A stretch of 63,120 nt of DNA, counting the filler, from Octopus bimaculoides (Eukaryota), in assembly GCF_001194135.2 (NCBI RefSeq). It is 4 parts of 4 records of this genome, joined end to end, with 100 filler letters (N's around TTAATTAATTAA, not from the genome) between each part and the next. Parts side by side here need not be neighbours in the genome. Positions count along the whole stretch, not along the records: positions 21,197 to 30,378 come from NC_068994.1; positions 30,479 to 60,765 come from NC_068999.1; 2 more parts are not named here. One strand, written 5' to 3'. Shown piece by piece: positions 23,094 through 37,837 of the stretch. A program made the translations under genes and the position numbers. The notes below the pieces were generated by a model that was not told the origin of the DNA, did no database searches, and worked only from the letters and a program-made list of their open reading frames with translations. Positions within the stretch are counted from its first letter, which is position 1; every line of letters begins with the position of its first letter.

Positions 23094-23428
23094 GGCGCAC
23101 GGCTCTGTGATTACAGCGTCTGGCTCACTATCATGAGGTTGTGAGTTCGATTCCCGGACCAGGTTGTGTGTTGTGTTCTTGAGCAAGACACTTTATTTCA
23201 CGTCGCTCCAGTTCACTCAGCTGTAGAAATGACTTGCGACGTCACTGGTGCCAAGCTGTATCGGCCCCTTTGCCTTTCCCTTCGATAACATCGAGGGGCA
23301 TGGAGCGGGGAGGTTGGTGTGCATGGGTGACTGTTGATCTTCCATAAACAACTTTGCCCAGACTTGTGTCTCGGAGGGTAAATTTCTAGGTGCAATCCCG
23401 TGGTCATTCATGACCGAAGAGGATTTTT
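23094..23428 (+). mobile_element. Full-length tRNA/CORE SINE (third family)
   Basis: aaggcgcacggctctgtgattacagcg...gagttcgattcccggacc...cttgagcaagacactttatttcacg...tcattcatgaccgaag, flanked by (CTA)n runs. Confidence 0.85.
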
Positions 23429-23448
23429 ACTCTTTACTACTACTACTT

Positions 23449-23497
<49 letters not shown>

Positions 23498-24851
23498 AAC
23501 TACTACCATCAACATTGTTATTATCCTGCATATAATTCGCACGTTTCAAATTTGAATATATATATATATATANNNNNNNNNNNNNNNNNNNNNNNNNNNN
23601 NNNNNNNNNNNNNNNNNNNNNNNNNNNNNNNNNNNNNNNNNNNNNNNNNNNNNNNNNNNNNNNNNNNNNNNNNNNNNNNNNNTATATATGTATGTGAGTA
23701 TGTGCGCCGGTGTGAATAATACTGAGTTAATGTTGAAAATGAAAATGCGTCATCAAACCTTTATAAGTATATTTTCTGTGTAATTAATTTGTTTCACTTC
23801 TAAGCGTAAGGGAACAATAGCTTTATTCTGTGTACTTATAAATATGAAAATAAAAGTATACGCATAAAATGTGTTTACAAATGTAAAAATTCTGGTAATT
23901 TGCTTACGTCTTGTACTTTAACTGAAAATATTTTGGTGTTTGTATTCATAAACTAAGTTTGACATGTATAACACAAAAGAAAAGGAAAGAAGGGGAAAAC
24001 GGTATCACATGTGGCTCCCAGTCTTTTGTATAGATAAGCATTGTTATATACGTTTCTCTTTGTGCTGTGGCTAAAGGAGGTTTTGGTAGTAGAAGAAAAT
24101 AGTCATATGTTACTGAGTAAGAAATTGTTGAGGCTGATATTGATCTTGTAGAAATATGTGGTAATTTTCCCATCTGTGAAACGCATATGTGGATTATGTG
24201 CATTAAGGAAGCAAAAATCAAAACAAAACAGGCAAGATTATTCATGAAGTATTTGGTTACTAAATATATTATGAATTATTTTACATAATTTGTTTTTGCA
24301 CTCAAAACGTAATTGATAGCCTATCCAGCTATGGACTCCGATTAAAATAAACTGGGACTATGGTACGAATACACAAGACAGCTTCATTCTGAAGATCAAA
24401 CTACTGGTTACTTGTCATACAATTAATGTATAGTGTATATCTTTTACTTAATTCAGTCATTAGACTGCGGCGTTGCTGGGGCAGCACCTTAGAGTACTTT
24501 AGTCAAACTACTTGATCCAATACATTTTTTTAAGCCTGGTGATAATTCTATCGTATTTGGCCAGAGTGCAAGTTACGGTGATGTAAACTTACCAACACCG
24601 GTTCTCAAGCGGTAGTAGAGCAGAAACAAAGACGCAATGACACACATAAATGCATACATAAATACATACATACATATATATATACACATATATACACATA
24701 TATGTGCATATGTATATATATGTATATATAAAAACATTGATTAGAGAACAAACATGAAATTCAGGCCAACGACTTTATATATATACATGTGTGTGTGTGT
24801 GTGGATATGTATATATATCTGCGTATGTGTATGCACATATGTATATGTGTT

Positions 24852-24918
<67 letters not shown>

Positions 24919-25895
24919 GAATATACTATGTATATGTGTATATATATATACACGTATATATATATATGTATATATNNNNNNNNNNNNNNNNNNNNNNNNN
25001 NNNNNNNNNNNNNNNNNNNNNNNNNNNNNNNNNNNNNNNNNNNNNNNNNNNNNNNNNNNNNNNNNNNNNNNNNNNNNNNNNNNNNNNNNNNNNNNNNNNN
25101 NNNNNNNNNNNNNNNNNNNNNNNNNNNNNNNNNNNNNNNNNNNNNNNNNNNNNNNNNNNNNNNNNNNNNNNNNNNNNNNNNNNNNNNNNNNNNNNNNNNN
25201 NNNNNNNNNNNNNNNNNNNNNNNNNNNNNNNNNNNNNNNNNNNNNNNNNNNNNNNNNNNNNNNNNNNNNNNNNNNNNNNNNNNNNNNNNNNNNNNNNNNN
25301 NNNNNNNNNNNNNNNNNNNNNNNNNNNNNNNNNNNNNNNNNNNNNNNNNNNNNNNNNNNNNNNNNNNNNNNNNNNNNNNNNNNNNNNNNNNNNNNNNNNN
25401 NNNNNNNNNNNNNNNNNNNNNNNNNNNNNNNNNNNNNNNNNNNNNNNNNNNNNNNNNNNNNNNNNNNNNNNNNNNNNNNNNNNNNNNNNNNNNNNNNNNN
25501 NNNNNNNNNNNNNNNNNNNNNNNNNNNNNNNNNNNNNNNNNNNNNNNNNNNNNNNNNNNNNNNNNNNNNNNNNNNNNNNNNNNNNNNNNNNNNNNNNNNN
25601 NNNNNNNNNNNNNNNNNNNNNNNNNNNNNNNNNNNNNNNNNNNNNNNNNNNNNNNNNNNNNNNNNNNNNNNNNNNNNNNNNNNNNNNNNNNNNNNNNNNN
25701 NNNNNNNNNNNNNNNNNNNNNNNNNNNNNNNNNNNNNNNNNNNNNNNNNNNNNNNNNNNNNNNNNNNNNNNNNNNNNNNNNNNNNNNNNNNNNNNNNNNN
25801 NNNNNNNNNNNNNNNNNNNNNNNNNNNNNNNNNNNNNNNNNNNNNNNNNNNNNNNNNNNNNNNNNNNNNNNNNNNNNNNNNNNNNNNNNNNNNNG

Positions 25896-25930
25896 AAATA
25901 CTACTACTACTACTACTACTACTACCGATG

Positions 25931-25998
<68 letters not shown>

Positions 25999-26310
25999 TA
26001 ATAATGATAAGCAGGTTAAGTGAATAAGTAAAAGCAGTCTCAGTTGTTCACTTGCTTCTGTATGACCAAACAAGTGTGTGTCGGCTTTCGATTCCATTCA
26101 GTCATTATCAACTCAAATTACACTGTTCTGTTTCGCCTTAAGGTGGAACAAAACATACAATGAAAGAAAGTAAAAAGACAAAGGTAATCTTTGAACTACT
26201 TTTCAGCTTTCTGTGTCTCCCGTTGCATATTATTGACTCGGCAATATTGACTCCTGCTTTTCACCACAATGAGGCACGTAAGCTTGGAGAAATAATAATG
26301 ATAATAATAA

Positions 26311-26341
<31 letters not shown>

Positions 26342-26400
26342 AAGAAGAAGAAGAAGAAGAAGAAGAAGAAGAAGAAGAAGAAGAAGAAGAAGAAGAAGAA
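25896..26400. repeat. Trinucleotide microsatellites (TAC)n, (AAT)n, (AAG)n next to gaps
   Basis: Pure tracts visible at 25899-26008 and 26313-26400. Confidence 0.9.
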
Positions 26401-27039
26401 NNNNNNNNNNNNNNNNNNNNNNNNNNNNNNNNNNNNNNNNNNNNNNNNNNNNNNNNNNNNNNNNNNNNNNNNNNNNNNNNNNNNNNNNNNNNNNNNNNNN
26501 NNNNNNNNNNNNNNNNNNNNNNNNNNNNNNNNNNNNNNNNNNNNNNNNNNNNNNNNNNNNNNNNNNNNNNNNNNNNNNNNNNNNNNNNNNNNNNNNNNNN
26601 NNNNNNNNNNNNNNNNNNNNNNNNNNNNNNNNNNNNNNNNNNNNNNNNNNNNNNNNNNNNNNNNNNNNNNNNNNNNNNNNNNNNNNNNNNNNNNNNNNNN
26701 NNNNNNNNNNNNNNNNNNNNNNNNNNNNNNNNNNNNNNNNNNNNNNNNNNNNNNNNNNNNNNNNNNNNNNNNNNNNNNNNNNNNNNNNNNNNNNNNNNNN
26801 NNNNNNNNNNNNNNNNNNNNNNNNNNNNNNNNNNNNNNNNNNNNNNNNNNNNNNNNNNNNNNNNNNNNNNNNNNNNNNNNNNNNNNNNNNNNNNNNNNNN
26901 NNNNNNNNNNNNNNNNNNNNNNNNNAAAATATATTTACCACTCCGTACGCGTCTGATAACTTATTTGAACTTTGAATTTATACTTCTTCGCTAATGTTCG
27001 TTTGGAAGTCGCGGGGCCGCGAATGGTTGTGGTGATGTT

Positions 27040-27250
27040 CTCATTATTACCACAACCATTCGTGGCACTCCGTCAGTTACGACGACAAGGGTTCTAGTTG
27101 ATCCAATCAACGGAGCAGCCTGCTCGCGAAATTAACGTGCAATTGGCTGAGCACTCCACAGACACGTGTACACTTAACGTATTTCTCGGGGAGAATCAGC
27201 GTGGCAGAGTGTGTCACAAGGCTGGCCACTTTGAAATACAGGTACGACAG
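27040..27250 (-). mobile_element. SINE 3' half (7462-7855 family)
   Basis: gcactccgtcagttacgacgac...caacggagcagcctgctcgcgaaattaacgtgc...gacacgtgtacacttaacgta. Confidence 0.8.
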
Positions 27251-27254
27251 AAAC

Positions 27255-27640
27255 AGTAGTGGTGGTGGTGGTGGTGGTGATGGTGGTGGTGGTGATACAG
27301 GTGGTGTTTTGTTGTCAGTGGTGATGGTAATGCTTGCACTGGTGCTGGTACGGTTTCTGCGGCGGTAGTCTGGGAATGGTAGTAGTGGTGGTAGTCGTGC
27401 TTTGGTGCCAGTAATGCTGATGACGCTGGTAGCGTTTATGAGGTAGTAGTGATTGCGGTGTTTTGGTAATACATAAGAAAGATGGTGGTAGTGGTGGCGT
27501 TGGTGGTGGTAATGGCGGTGGTGAAGGCGGCGGCTAGCGGTGGTGGGAGGGTGATGCTGGTTCTGGTAGTGGGGTGGTTGTGGAGTGGGATTGTACTGGT
27601 GGTGTTTTGGATGGTAGCGACAGTAGTGATTGCGCTGTCT
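27255..27640. repeat. Degenerate (GGT/AGT)n low-complexity tract
   Basis: Recurrent gtggtggtg and gtagtagtg units. Confidence 0.8.
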
Positions 27641-28274
27641 TGATGGCAGTAACCATCTCTCTTGTAGTAGAGGTACTTGACGTTTAGTAGAAGTGATTCA
27701 AATAAAATTCTTCATTAAATGATCAAAAATAATGACTTTACATCTTCAGTTCTGCAGTTCTTTGACATAGGCATTTCAGAAACGGGTTAATACTGTTTCT
27801 ATGTCCAATTAAGACTTAGTTATCACTTCCTTAATGTTAATCTCGAGTCAAACAATCTATTTTCCGCTATCATCTCCACCCCCGCAATAGTTCCTCTTGA
27901 TCTAACCACTTCTCAACTCTTCTCTGCTTCTCCTCCCTCTCGCAGGCCTTCCTCCGCGTCTCTGTTTCTTTTTAGTCTCTGCCCAGTAGATTTCTTCCTC
28001 TATACATGTGTGTGTGCGTACGTACGTGTATGTATGCGCGTGTATATGCATATATATNNNNNNNNNNNNNNNNNNNNNNNNNNNNNNNNNNNNNNNNNNN
28101 NNNNNNNNNNNNNNNNNNNNNNNNNNNNATATATATATATATATATATATATATATGGGGGCGTACGTATATATATATAGTGTACATATATGTATATATG
28201 TATGTATATAGATATGTGTGTGTATATATCTATATGTATATACGTGTGTATGTATATACATGTATATATATGTA

Positions 28275-28318
<44 letters not shown>

Positions 28319-28831
28319 TGTCTGTGTATTTATACAAATATATGTACATTTCCATATATAATATTTTATTTATATTTATATCTCTCTATTTTCTTTCACT
28401 TTATCTATCAACCTTCATATGTGTGTGTGTGGATGTGTGTGTGATTGTATTTGTGCATGCATGTATTTATATATATGTATATGTATGTATTCAAGCACTT
28501 ATATAATATATATATATTTATATGTGTACACACATACATACACACATAAATACGTACGTATGCACATACATCCATGCAATGCATACATGTATGCAGAATT
28601 CTATATATATTCACAATTTGCAAAGCAAATGATGACTGGAGCAACAGTCGATTCATTTGAGTTTATCTCTGTTCATCCTTCAGGCAGAATTCTTTCAGCT
28701 AGTAGGCTGCTTAGAAATGGTTGCAATTACAATGGCGAGATGGTCAATGCTTTAATTTGATTTAACTCTAAGAAATATTTTGTCTTTTGTACTTGAGGTC
28801 TTACAGATAACACGTAAACACACACACACAC

Positions 28832-28867
<36 letters not shown>

Positions 28868-30236
28868 GTACGTGCGCATGGACGCACACGCCATACACAG
28901 TCTGTGACAAAGACAGAATCATTCTACGACTTTATTACAACGATTCCTTTGACGCCACTTATTGAGCGCCTTATTATATGCTCTGAGTCTATATGGACGA
29001 AACTAAACGTTGAGAGTTAGAGGCAAGTTAGTTTAATTAAGTTCAAATACATTCTATGTTAGTTATGTGAAGCATGCGTTTTTCCTTTGTCTTTTTCTCG
29101 CCGAGATTAAACCGATATATAGATTTACGTGAAATAAATGAAGACTCGTCAATACGGTTATTTAACTACAGCCTCTTCTGTCAGCTTTTCAAAGCGTGCT
29201 ACAGGTTTCGCGCTATCTTTATGAGAATTAGACCGTTAATATATATACGGTTATTCTGCCGTACAGAGAATAACCTCCAATCTTGGAATAGGGAAAACAG
29301 TTTGAAAAGTATATTTCTGAATAATCTTTTCAGCCTGCTTCTTATATAACCCTAACTTTAAAAGAGTTCAGGTATGTGCTCCCATATTTATTTCGCTATT
29401 GGCTCTATTTTCTGTTATTGAAACTTAATGAAAACTCAGTTTTATGATTAATTCCTAAGTTATCTGATATATGGAAGCTCATACCAGCAGCTACTTTGGA
29501 AAATTATAAACAATATATTCTTATCTGTTCTCTTCTTTCCATAACTTCTTAAAGATTACAGATTATTCTTCGCAGGAAGCAGTTTATAAGTATGTCACCC
29601 TTTAGCTAATTAATAATAATTGTCACTTGATATTTTATCATCTTCAAACCTTACATCACATACTATCTCGGCCACAGAGAGCTAAGCTCTGCTATATCTT
29701 ATATGATGGAGAAAGTATCTGTGTTTATTATAAGATTTGTATCTAGCAGACTTCTTTTTCCATTCTTTCACTATAATGTAGCAACAAGTTGGTTGTAGCG
29801 TTTTAGTTTTGTAATAAATATTTAAAAAAAACGCTGTCATCTTCAAAATGTCTTGTAGACACTACATCATTTTAAATGAACAGAATGGTTTGGAACTATG
29901 AATTAATACTGTCTATAATCTTCATAAAAATGCCATAGATTTGTGATTCGGATGTGTGGCCAGCAGTTTTTAGTGACAAGAGTTGACGTGTTAGACAAAA
30001 CTCGTCAAATTTAGTCACTAAACACCATAATTATATCAAAACCGATTCCACCTTCAAAACATATATCTACACAAACACACGCATATTGACGCTCACAACA
30101 AATCGGTAACTGTTCATTATATATGCAAATGTACACAGTAGCATTCACACGCATACACGTGCGTAGATTTATGCACGTTTATAGATATATGCATCTACAT
30201 ATGTACGCATATATATATATACACACNNNNNNNNNN

Positions 30237-30273
<37 letters not shown>

Positions 30274-30330
30274 TACATATATCCATCTATATATATATAC
30301 ATATATAATATATATATATACACATATATG

Positions 30331-30378
<48 letters not shown>

Positions 30379-30478
30379 NNNNNNNNNNNNNNNNNNNNNN
30401 NNNNNNNNNNNNNNNNNNNNNNTTAATTAATTAANNNNNNNNNNNNNNNNNNNNNNNNNNNNNNNNNNNNNNNNNNNN
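30379..30478. other. Artificial scaffold join N44-TTAATTAATTAA-N44
   Basis: Same 100-bp cassette, linker at 30423-30434. Confidence 0.95.
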
Positions 30479-30884
30479 GTTCGAAGGTTATAAAGGACAC
30501 AGGTTTCGTGTGTCACATAGCTAGCTAGAGGCGATGGCTTCTTGGAGCTAATTCACGGCAGCTTTCGTCCTAATTTTGGGACTGCCATGTTGGCTTGGCG
30601 ATAACTATTAATTTCCAGTACCGCTGCCGTAGTCTCCTTTAGAGAGACTTAGAAATATTAATAACTCTATATATATATATATATATATATATATGGGTAG
30701 TAGGAGCACTCCGTCGGTTACGACGGCGAGTGTCCAAGCTGATCCGATCAACGGAACAGCCTGCTTGTGAAATTAACGTGCAAATGGTTGAGTATAAGGC
30801 TAGAGAGCACTGGGTAGATATATTGGTTTTACGCCTTTTAACAGAATAGATGATTTTTTTATCTGCACAGTAAAAATTAAAGAT

Positions 30885-31215
30885 GCCCATTGATCACGAA
30901 TGACCATGGGATTGCACCTAGAAAGTTCCTCCCGTGGCACAAGTCCGGGCAAGGTTGTTTATAGAAGACTAGCTGTCACTCATTCATACCAGCCTCCACT
31001 CTCAACTCCACCGATGTTATCTAAGGGAAAGGCAAAGGAGCCGATACAGCTTGGCACCAGTCACGTGGCAACTCATTTCTACAGCTGAGTGAACCGGAGC
31101 AACGTCAAATAAAGTGTTTTGCTCAAGAGCACAACACAGAGCCCGGTCCGGGAGTCGAACTCACAACCTTATGATTGTGAGCCCGACGCTCTAACTACTG
31201 AGCTGTGCGCCTTCA
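30885..31215 (-). mobile_element. tRNA/CORE SINE (23094 family)
   Basis: Reverse complement of the 23094-23428 element, e.g. aaataaagtgttttgctcaagagcac...gagtcgaactcacaacc...cactgagctgtgcgcc-like end. Confidence 0.85.
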
Positions 31216-32284
31216 ACTGCAGTGAATTTGCCTTTGCAAGTTAAAACATGTCATGAACATATTTTAACTAGCTTAAAGTGCATATATATATATATATATG
31301 GATCTTTATATACGTGTATATGTATATATAGTGATCTTTTTAAATTCTTTCCAACTACCACAATGTTCTGAAATAACCTTCAAAATTATGTTCAAATGTT
31401 CCATAGACATGCATATTATTACAACGCCATTTTTCTTCATGTCAAGTTACAAAACAAAAGACGCAACATGAAAGGAAGCGGAAAGACTCTCTTTCTTTAC
31501 ATGGTTTTTATGTTGGAGTATTTTCAGCACTAATAAACGTCCGATTTAATTTTACAGTTAGTGTCATCGCTGCTCTCCAAACTGCCACGTATTGGCTGTT
31601 GTCCAAGACTCACTGTCACCGTCTCCATATTTTAGCCTCACTTGTGTGTCCAAGAAAAATTCTCAGACATGTTGCATTATATTTTATGGCGATTTTATCG
31701 CGTCATCAATAAAGTCTGGCTAGACATTTTGTTTTCTCCTTTATAAAACTGTGATGGTTTCCTTGCCAAACATTTTTATTTAAAGTATTCCTGTATATAG
31801 AATGGTTTAAGTGTTTTAAATTGCTCAACCAAATATTGATTTCTCTCGAGAGTCTATTACAAAGTAGCTGTTGGTACAGTTGGTACTTTGTTCTTTGTTT
31901 TTTTTTTGTTATTCTTTCTTCATCTATTAGGAACCACTAAATGCGCGTGGCTCAGTAGCTATTGTATTTGGCTCACTATCGTAAGGACGTGACTTCGATT
32001 CCTGGCGGCGCGTTCTATCCTTGAGCAACANNNNNNNNNNNNNNNNNNNNNNNNNNNNNNNNNNNNNNNNNNNNNNNNNNNNNNNNNNNNNNNNNNNNNN
32101 NNNNNNNNNNNNNNNNNNNNNNNNNNNNNNNNNNNNNNNNNNNNNNNNNNNNNNNNNNNNNNNNNNNNNNNNNNNNNNNNNNNNNNNNNNNNNNNNNNNN
32201 NNNNNNNNNNNNNNNNNNNNNNNNNNNNNNNNNNNNNNNNNNNNNNNNNNNNNNNNNNNNNNNNNNNNNNNNNNNNNNNNNNNN

Positions 32285-32327
<43 letters not shown>

Positions 32328-32688
32328 CACACACATGACGGGCTTCTGTCAGTTTCTGTCTACTAAATCTATTCCCAAGGCTTTGGTCGGCCATACATAC
32401 ATACATACATACACACACACATACATGAATACATACATAAACACACACACATAAATACACATACATACATACATACATACATACGTAAGTTTTCTTCCGT
32501 CACGTGCTGAGTTCCAGTTGAGAGCTCTCCCGTATTAATATTTTTTTCCTTCTATATTTCAACAAGTGTTCATAACTTGAATACCAGTTATATACGGTTA
32601 TTGATATCCATCACTCGTCCAACTCTGATTGTGTGCATGTGTCTGTGTGTGTGTATGTGTGTGTGGTTGTGTGTATATATGTGTGTGG

Positions 32689-32743
<55 letters not shown>

Positions 32744-33333
32744 AGAAAGAGAGAAAGAATTTGTATATGCATAGCCTTGTGCCTGTATGAGTGACCGCTG
32801 TATATATAATTTGTGGTGACGTCAGAATCCATCCCAGATAAAACGATTAGCAGCCGACTTTTGAACTTCATTGATTGGCCGACAATGAAACATTGTTTCT
32901 AACCGTTTAGTCAATGAAATTTCATGCTAATTAACGATTTACGATATTGGATTTGCATAGGGAAGATAATGCGATAATCATATGATAGAACATATGTATG
33001 CATGGGGGATCGCGCGAACACACACATACACACACACACACAGACACACATATGTATTTACATAAACTCACACACTCATATATGTATGTATGGATGGATG
33101 AATGGATGGATGGATGAATTTTTCTATGTATACGCGAAACTCTGATTACTGAGAGAGTAACATCTCATTTTAATAATTATTTATATTCTGGCTTTGTTTA
33201 TAATATTATGTTTATATTATGTTTATATTATTATTTATAGTTATTTATATTCTGGTTTTGTTTATGAGCATACATATGCATATAGAAAGATACATAATCC
33301 ACACACACACTCACACATATGCACACGCACATA

Positions 33334-33421
<88 letters not shown>

Positions 33422-33490
33422 TCTAAATGTAGAGAAATATAGATTCCAATATATGAATACGGTAGCATGTATAGACAGAATGAAAGAGCG

Positions 33491-33537
<47 letters not shown>

Positions 33538-33567
33538 ATGGAGAAAGAGAGATGTAGGTAGGTATGG

Positions 33568-33616
<49 letters not shown>

Positions 33617-34448
33617 TACATCTATATTTGTACAAGTATGATAATCAGCATACGTTATATATTATAAGCATTATATATATGTATANNNNNNNNNNNNNNN
33701 NNNNNNNNNNNNNNNNNNNNNNNNNNNNNNNNNNNNNNNNNNNNNNNNNNNNNNNNNNNNNNNNNNNNNNNNNNNNNNNNNNNNNNNNNNNNNNNNNNNN
33801 NNNNNNNNNNNNNNNNNNNNNNNNNNNNNNNNNNNNNNNNNNNNNNNNNNNNNNNNNNNNNNNNNNNNNNNNNNNNNNNNNNNNNNNNNNNNNNNNNNNN
33901 NNNNNNNNNNNNNNNNNNNNNNNNNNNNNNNNNNNNNNNNNNNNNNNNNNNNNNNNNNNNNNNNNNNNNNNNNNNNNNNNNNNNNNNNNNNNNNNNNNNN
34001 NNNNNNNNNNNNNNNNNNNNNNNNNNNNNNNNNNNNNNNNNNNNNNNNNNNNNNNNNNNNNNNNNNNNNNNNNNNNNNNNNNNNNNNNNNNNNNNNNNNN
34101 NNNNNNNNNNNNNNNNNNNNNNNNNNNNNNNNNNNNNNNNNNNNNNNNNNNNNNNNNNNNNNNNNNNNNNNNNNNNNNNNNNNNNNNNNNNNNNNNNNNN
34201 NNNNNNNNNNNNNNNNNNNNNNNNNNNNNNNNNNNNNNNNNNNNNNNNNNNNNNNNNNNNNNTATATATATATATATATATATATTTGTGTGTGTGTGTA
34301 GTTGTATGCATGTGTGTTGTGTGTGTGTTTGCATACATATATACATGTGTGGACACACGAATACGCACACCACACACATATTCATATGTAATAATTTATA
34401 AGTATATATACACGCATACGCCCACACACACATACATACATACATGCA

Positions 34449-34481
<33 letters not shown>

Positions 34482-35073
34482 TGATCTGTTTCCATCTAAA
34501 GCCATATCATTTTGTCAATCTCTCTCGGCATCATCTGAGCCGAAAAGCTGAAAATTAAATCAAATTACAACCAAATATTTGAATATTTAGTAAACATAAA
34601 CGCATTTACAAACAGACGTGCAGGCTACGGAACTATCCAGATGAAACTTGCCGATCTACTGATACAGTTTGTGTGTCCTCCAAATATGAAACATCATCAG
34701 AACTTCTCTCACTCTCTGTATCCTTGCGCGACTATATATANNNNNNNNNNNNNNNNNNNNNNNNNNNNNNNNNNNNNNNNNNNNNNNNNNNNNNNNNNNN
34801 NNNNNNNNNNNNNNNNNNNNNNNNNNNNNNNNNNNNNNNNNNNNNNNNNNNNNNNNNNNNNNNNNNNNNNNNNNNNNNNNNNNNNNNNNNNNNNNNNNNN
34901 NNNNNNNNNNNNNNNNNNNNNNNNNNNNNNNNNNNNNNNNNNNNNNNNNNNNNNNNNNNNNNNNNNNNNNNNNNNNNNNNNNNNNNNNNNNNNNNNNNNN
35001 NNNNCAGCAACAACAATGGCAACCTTCTCGCTCCCCCTCGTCCTCATCCTCTTCTTCTTCTTCATCATCATCG

Positions 35074-35119
<46 letters not shown>

Positions 35120-35850
35120 TAATTATTCTTATTAAGGCAGAGAGCTGCCAGAATCGTTAGCATGCTGGACGAAATGCTTAGCGGTTTGTCTTCCGTCGCT
35201 ACGTCCTGAGTTGACAAAAGCCCTCAGGAAAAAACTCTCTTGGATAAAACTCCTCCTCAGGTAAAATCCACCCTGGACAAACCCCCTGTGACTTTATTAC
35301 CGTGGCGTTTTCTTTCTTGTGACTTTTTTTTTACTTGGATTCTAGTCCATGTGCCAGCTGCCCTTCCAAAAACGGCAGAGAATTGGTTGCGATTGGTTTA
35401 TTCCCCGAAGGAGAACGTAAAAGCCATGCCTGATGCCATTTCTGAACTTGGAATTCAGAAAAGGCTGAACTTAAATACCGAAGTAATTCACGATAAAGCG
35501 CGAAGGACATTTGCTATGTCGACCATTTTAAGTATTGGTAGATTTGAACGCCTTTTTGTAGAAGATATTACGATATGTTTGAGTGTGTGTGTGCGTGTGT
35601 GTATGTTTCGTTTGTGTGAGTGTGCGTATGTGCCTGTGTATGCATGCATGTATTATGTTGTATGTTTGTATGCGTGCATATACATACTGATATGTTATAT
35701 GTATTATAACTGTATATGTATATATACATTCATTCATGTATGTTTATACGTATATGTGTTATATGAACATGCCATATATATATAGATATGGATATATATG
35801 TGTATAAGTCTATATATATATATATATATATATACATATTGATGTATGTA

Positions 35851-35909
<59 letters not shown>

Positions 35910-36530
35910 TCGTGTATATACATATACATACACACGAATGTATGTATGCGTTTGTATGTATGTATAGGTGTATGTGTGTATGTATGTACGTATGTATAAT
36001 CTGTCGGAGTTAAAACGATCTTTTACATTCGCACAGAAGTGATATACATCTGTTGAGATACTGGAAGGAAAGGTGATTGGAGGGGGGACGAAAACAGCAA
36101 CAACAATAATAGTAGTAATAATAATAATAATGATGATAATAATAATAATAGCGGTTTCTATTAATGATAATAGTTTTGATGAAATAAATGGAAAAAACAT
36201 AGAAATTAGTGGGGGGGACATAGAAAAACGATCAAACAAGGGAAGACACAAATTTGTAAAATGTTCTTAAAAAGAACGAAGAAAAGACATGAAACAACAA
36301 CAACAATAATAATAACAGTATTGAAAAGAAAAAGAAAAGAAATAAAAAGAAAGATTGAATGAAAGGAAGGAAGGTGCGGAAAGGAAATTGAAGTCAAAGT
36401 GAAGAAATGTTTAGTTGTAGAGCGAAACATTAATGAAATCCATTTGTTTCTGTTATTGAATAGAGGAGAGATAAGGGTTAAATGGTTCTCTTTCATCTCG
36501 GGTTTATTACTGATACTTATTGCACACACA

Positions 36531-36573
<43 letters not shown>

Positions 36574-37133
36574 ACATGCAGACATACATACGCGCCCGTA
36601 CACACGCACACATATTTGTGTGTGTGTGTGTGTGTGTGCGTGTATCTGTATATACATATATATATATATATATNNNNNNNNNNNNNNNNNNNNNNNNNNN
36701 NNNNNNNNNNNNNNNNNNNNNNNNNNNNNNNNNNNNNNNNNNNNNNNNNNNNNNNNNNNNNNNNNNNNNNNNNNNNNNNNNNNNNNNNNNNNNNNNNNNN
36801 NNNNNNNNNNNNNNNNNNNNNNNNNNNNNNNNNNNNNNNNNNNNNNNNNNNNNNNNNNNNNNNNNNNNNNNNNNNNNNNNNNNNNNNNNNNNNNNNNNNN
36901 NNNNNNNNNNNNNNNNNNNNNNNNNNNNNNNNNNNNNNNNNNNNNNNNNNNNNNNNNNNNNNNNNNNNNNNNNNNNNNNNNNNNNNNNNNNNNNNNNNNN
37001 NNNNNNNNNNNNNNNNNNNNNNNNNNNNNNNNNNNNNNNNNNNNNNNNNNNNNNNNNNNNNNNNNNNNNNNNNNNNNNNNNNNNNNNNNNNNNNNNNNNN
37101 NNNNNNNNNNNNNNNNNNNNNNNNNNNNNNNNN

Positions 37134-37198
<65 letters not shown>

Positions 37199-37213
37199 TA
37201 CATAGATAGATAC

Positions 37214-37244
<31 letters not shown>

Positions 37245-37489
37245 CCGTATATATATACGTATATCGTTGAACCTACACATTTATGTAAGGTATATCTGTA
37301 CACATGCGTGTGTTTGTGTGTATGTGTGTTTGTGGGTGTGTCCTTCAGAACTTCAATAATAGTATAATATAACAATAACAAACACGGCAAACTTATAGAG
37401 AAACTAAGGAAAAAAAAATGTAAGCACCAACTGTACTGCTCCTACAACTACAACGAGAAAAACATCTACCACCACCGTCACCACCACAA

Positions 37490-37513
37490 CCATTACTACT
37501 ACTACTACTACTA

Positions 37514-37571
<58 letters not shown>

Positions 37572-37648
37572 TAATAATAACAATAATAATAATAATAATA
37601 ATAATAGCAATAATAATAATAATGATGATGACGATGATGATGATGATG

Positions 37649-37715
<67 letters not shown>

Positions 37716-37735
37716 TGATGATGATAATGACCAAA
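37490..37735. repeat. Compound (ACT)n(AAT)n(GAT)n microsatellite
   Basis: Long pure trinucleotide tracts. Confidence 0.9.
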
Positions 37736-37806
37736 ACATAAAAAGTATACGAAGCGTATTTAAAAACGTAATTGATAAACTTACATCAATAGCAACATCT
37801 AGAAGC

Positions 37807-37837
<31 letters not shown>

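Noticed and set aside
32817-32824. CRE palindrome TGACGTCA
   Set aside because: A single 8-mer with no supporting promoter context, expected by chance.
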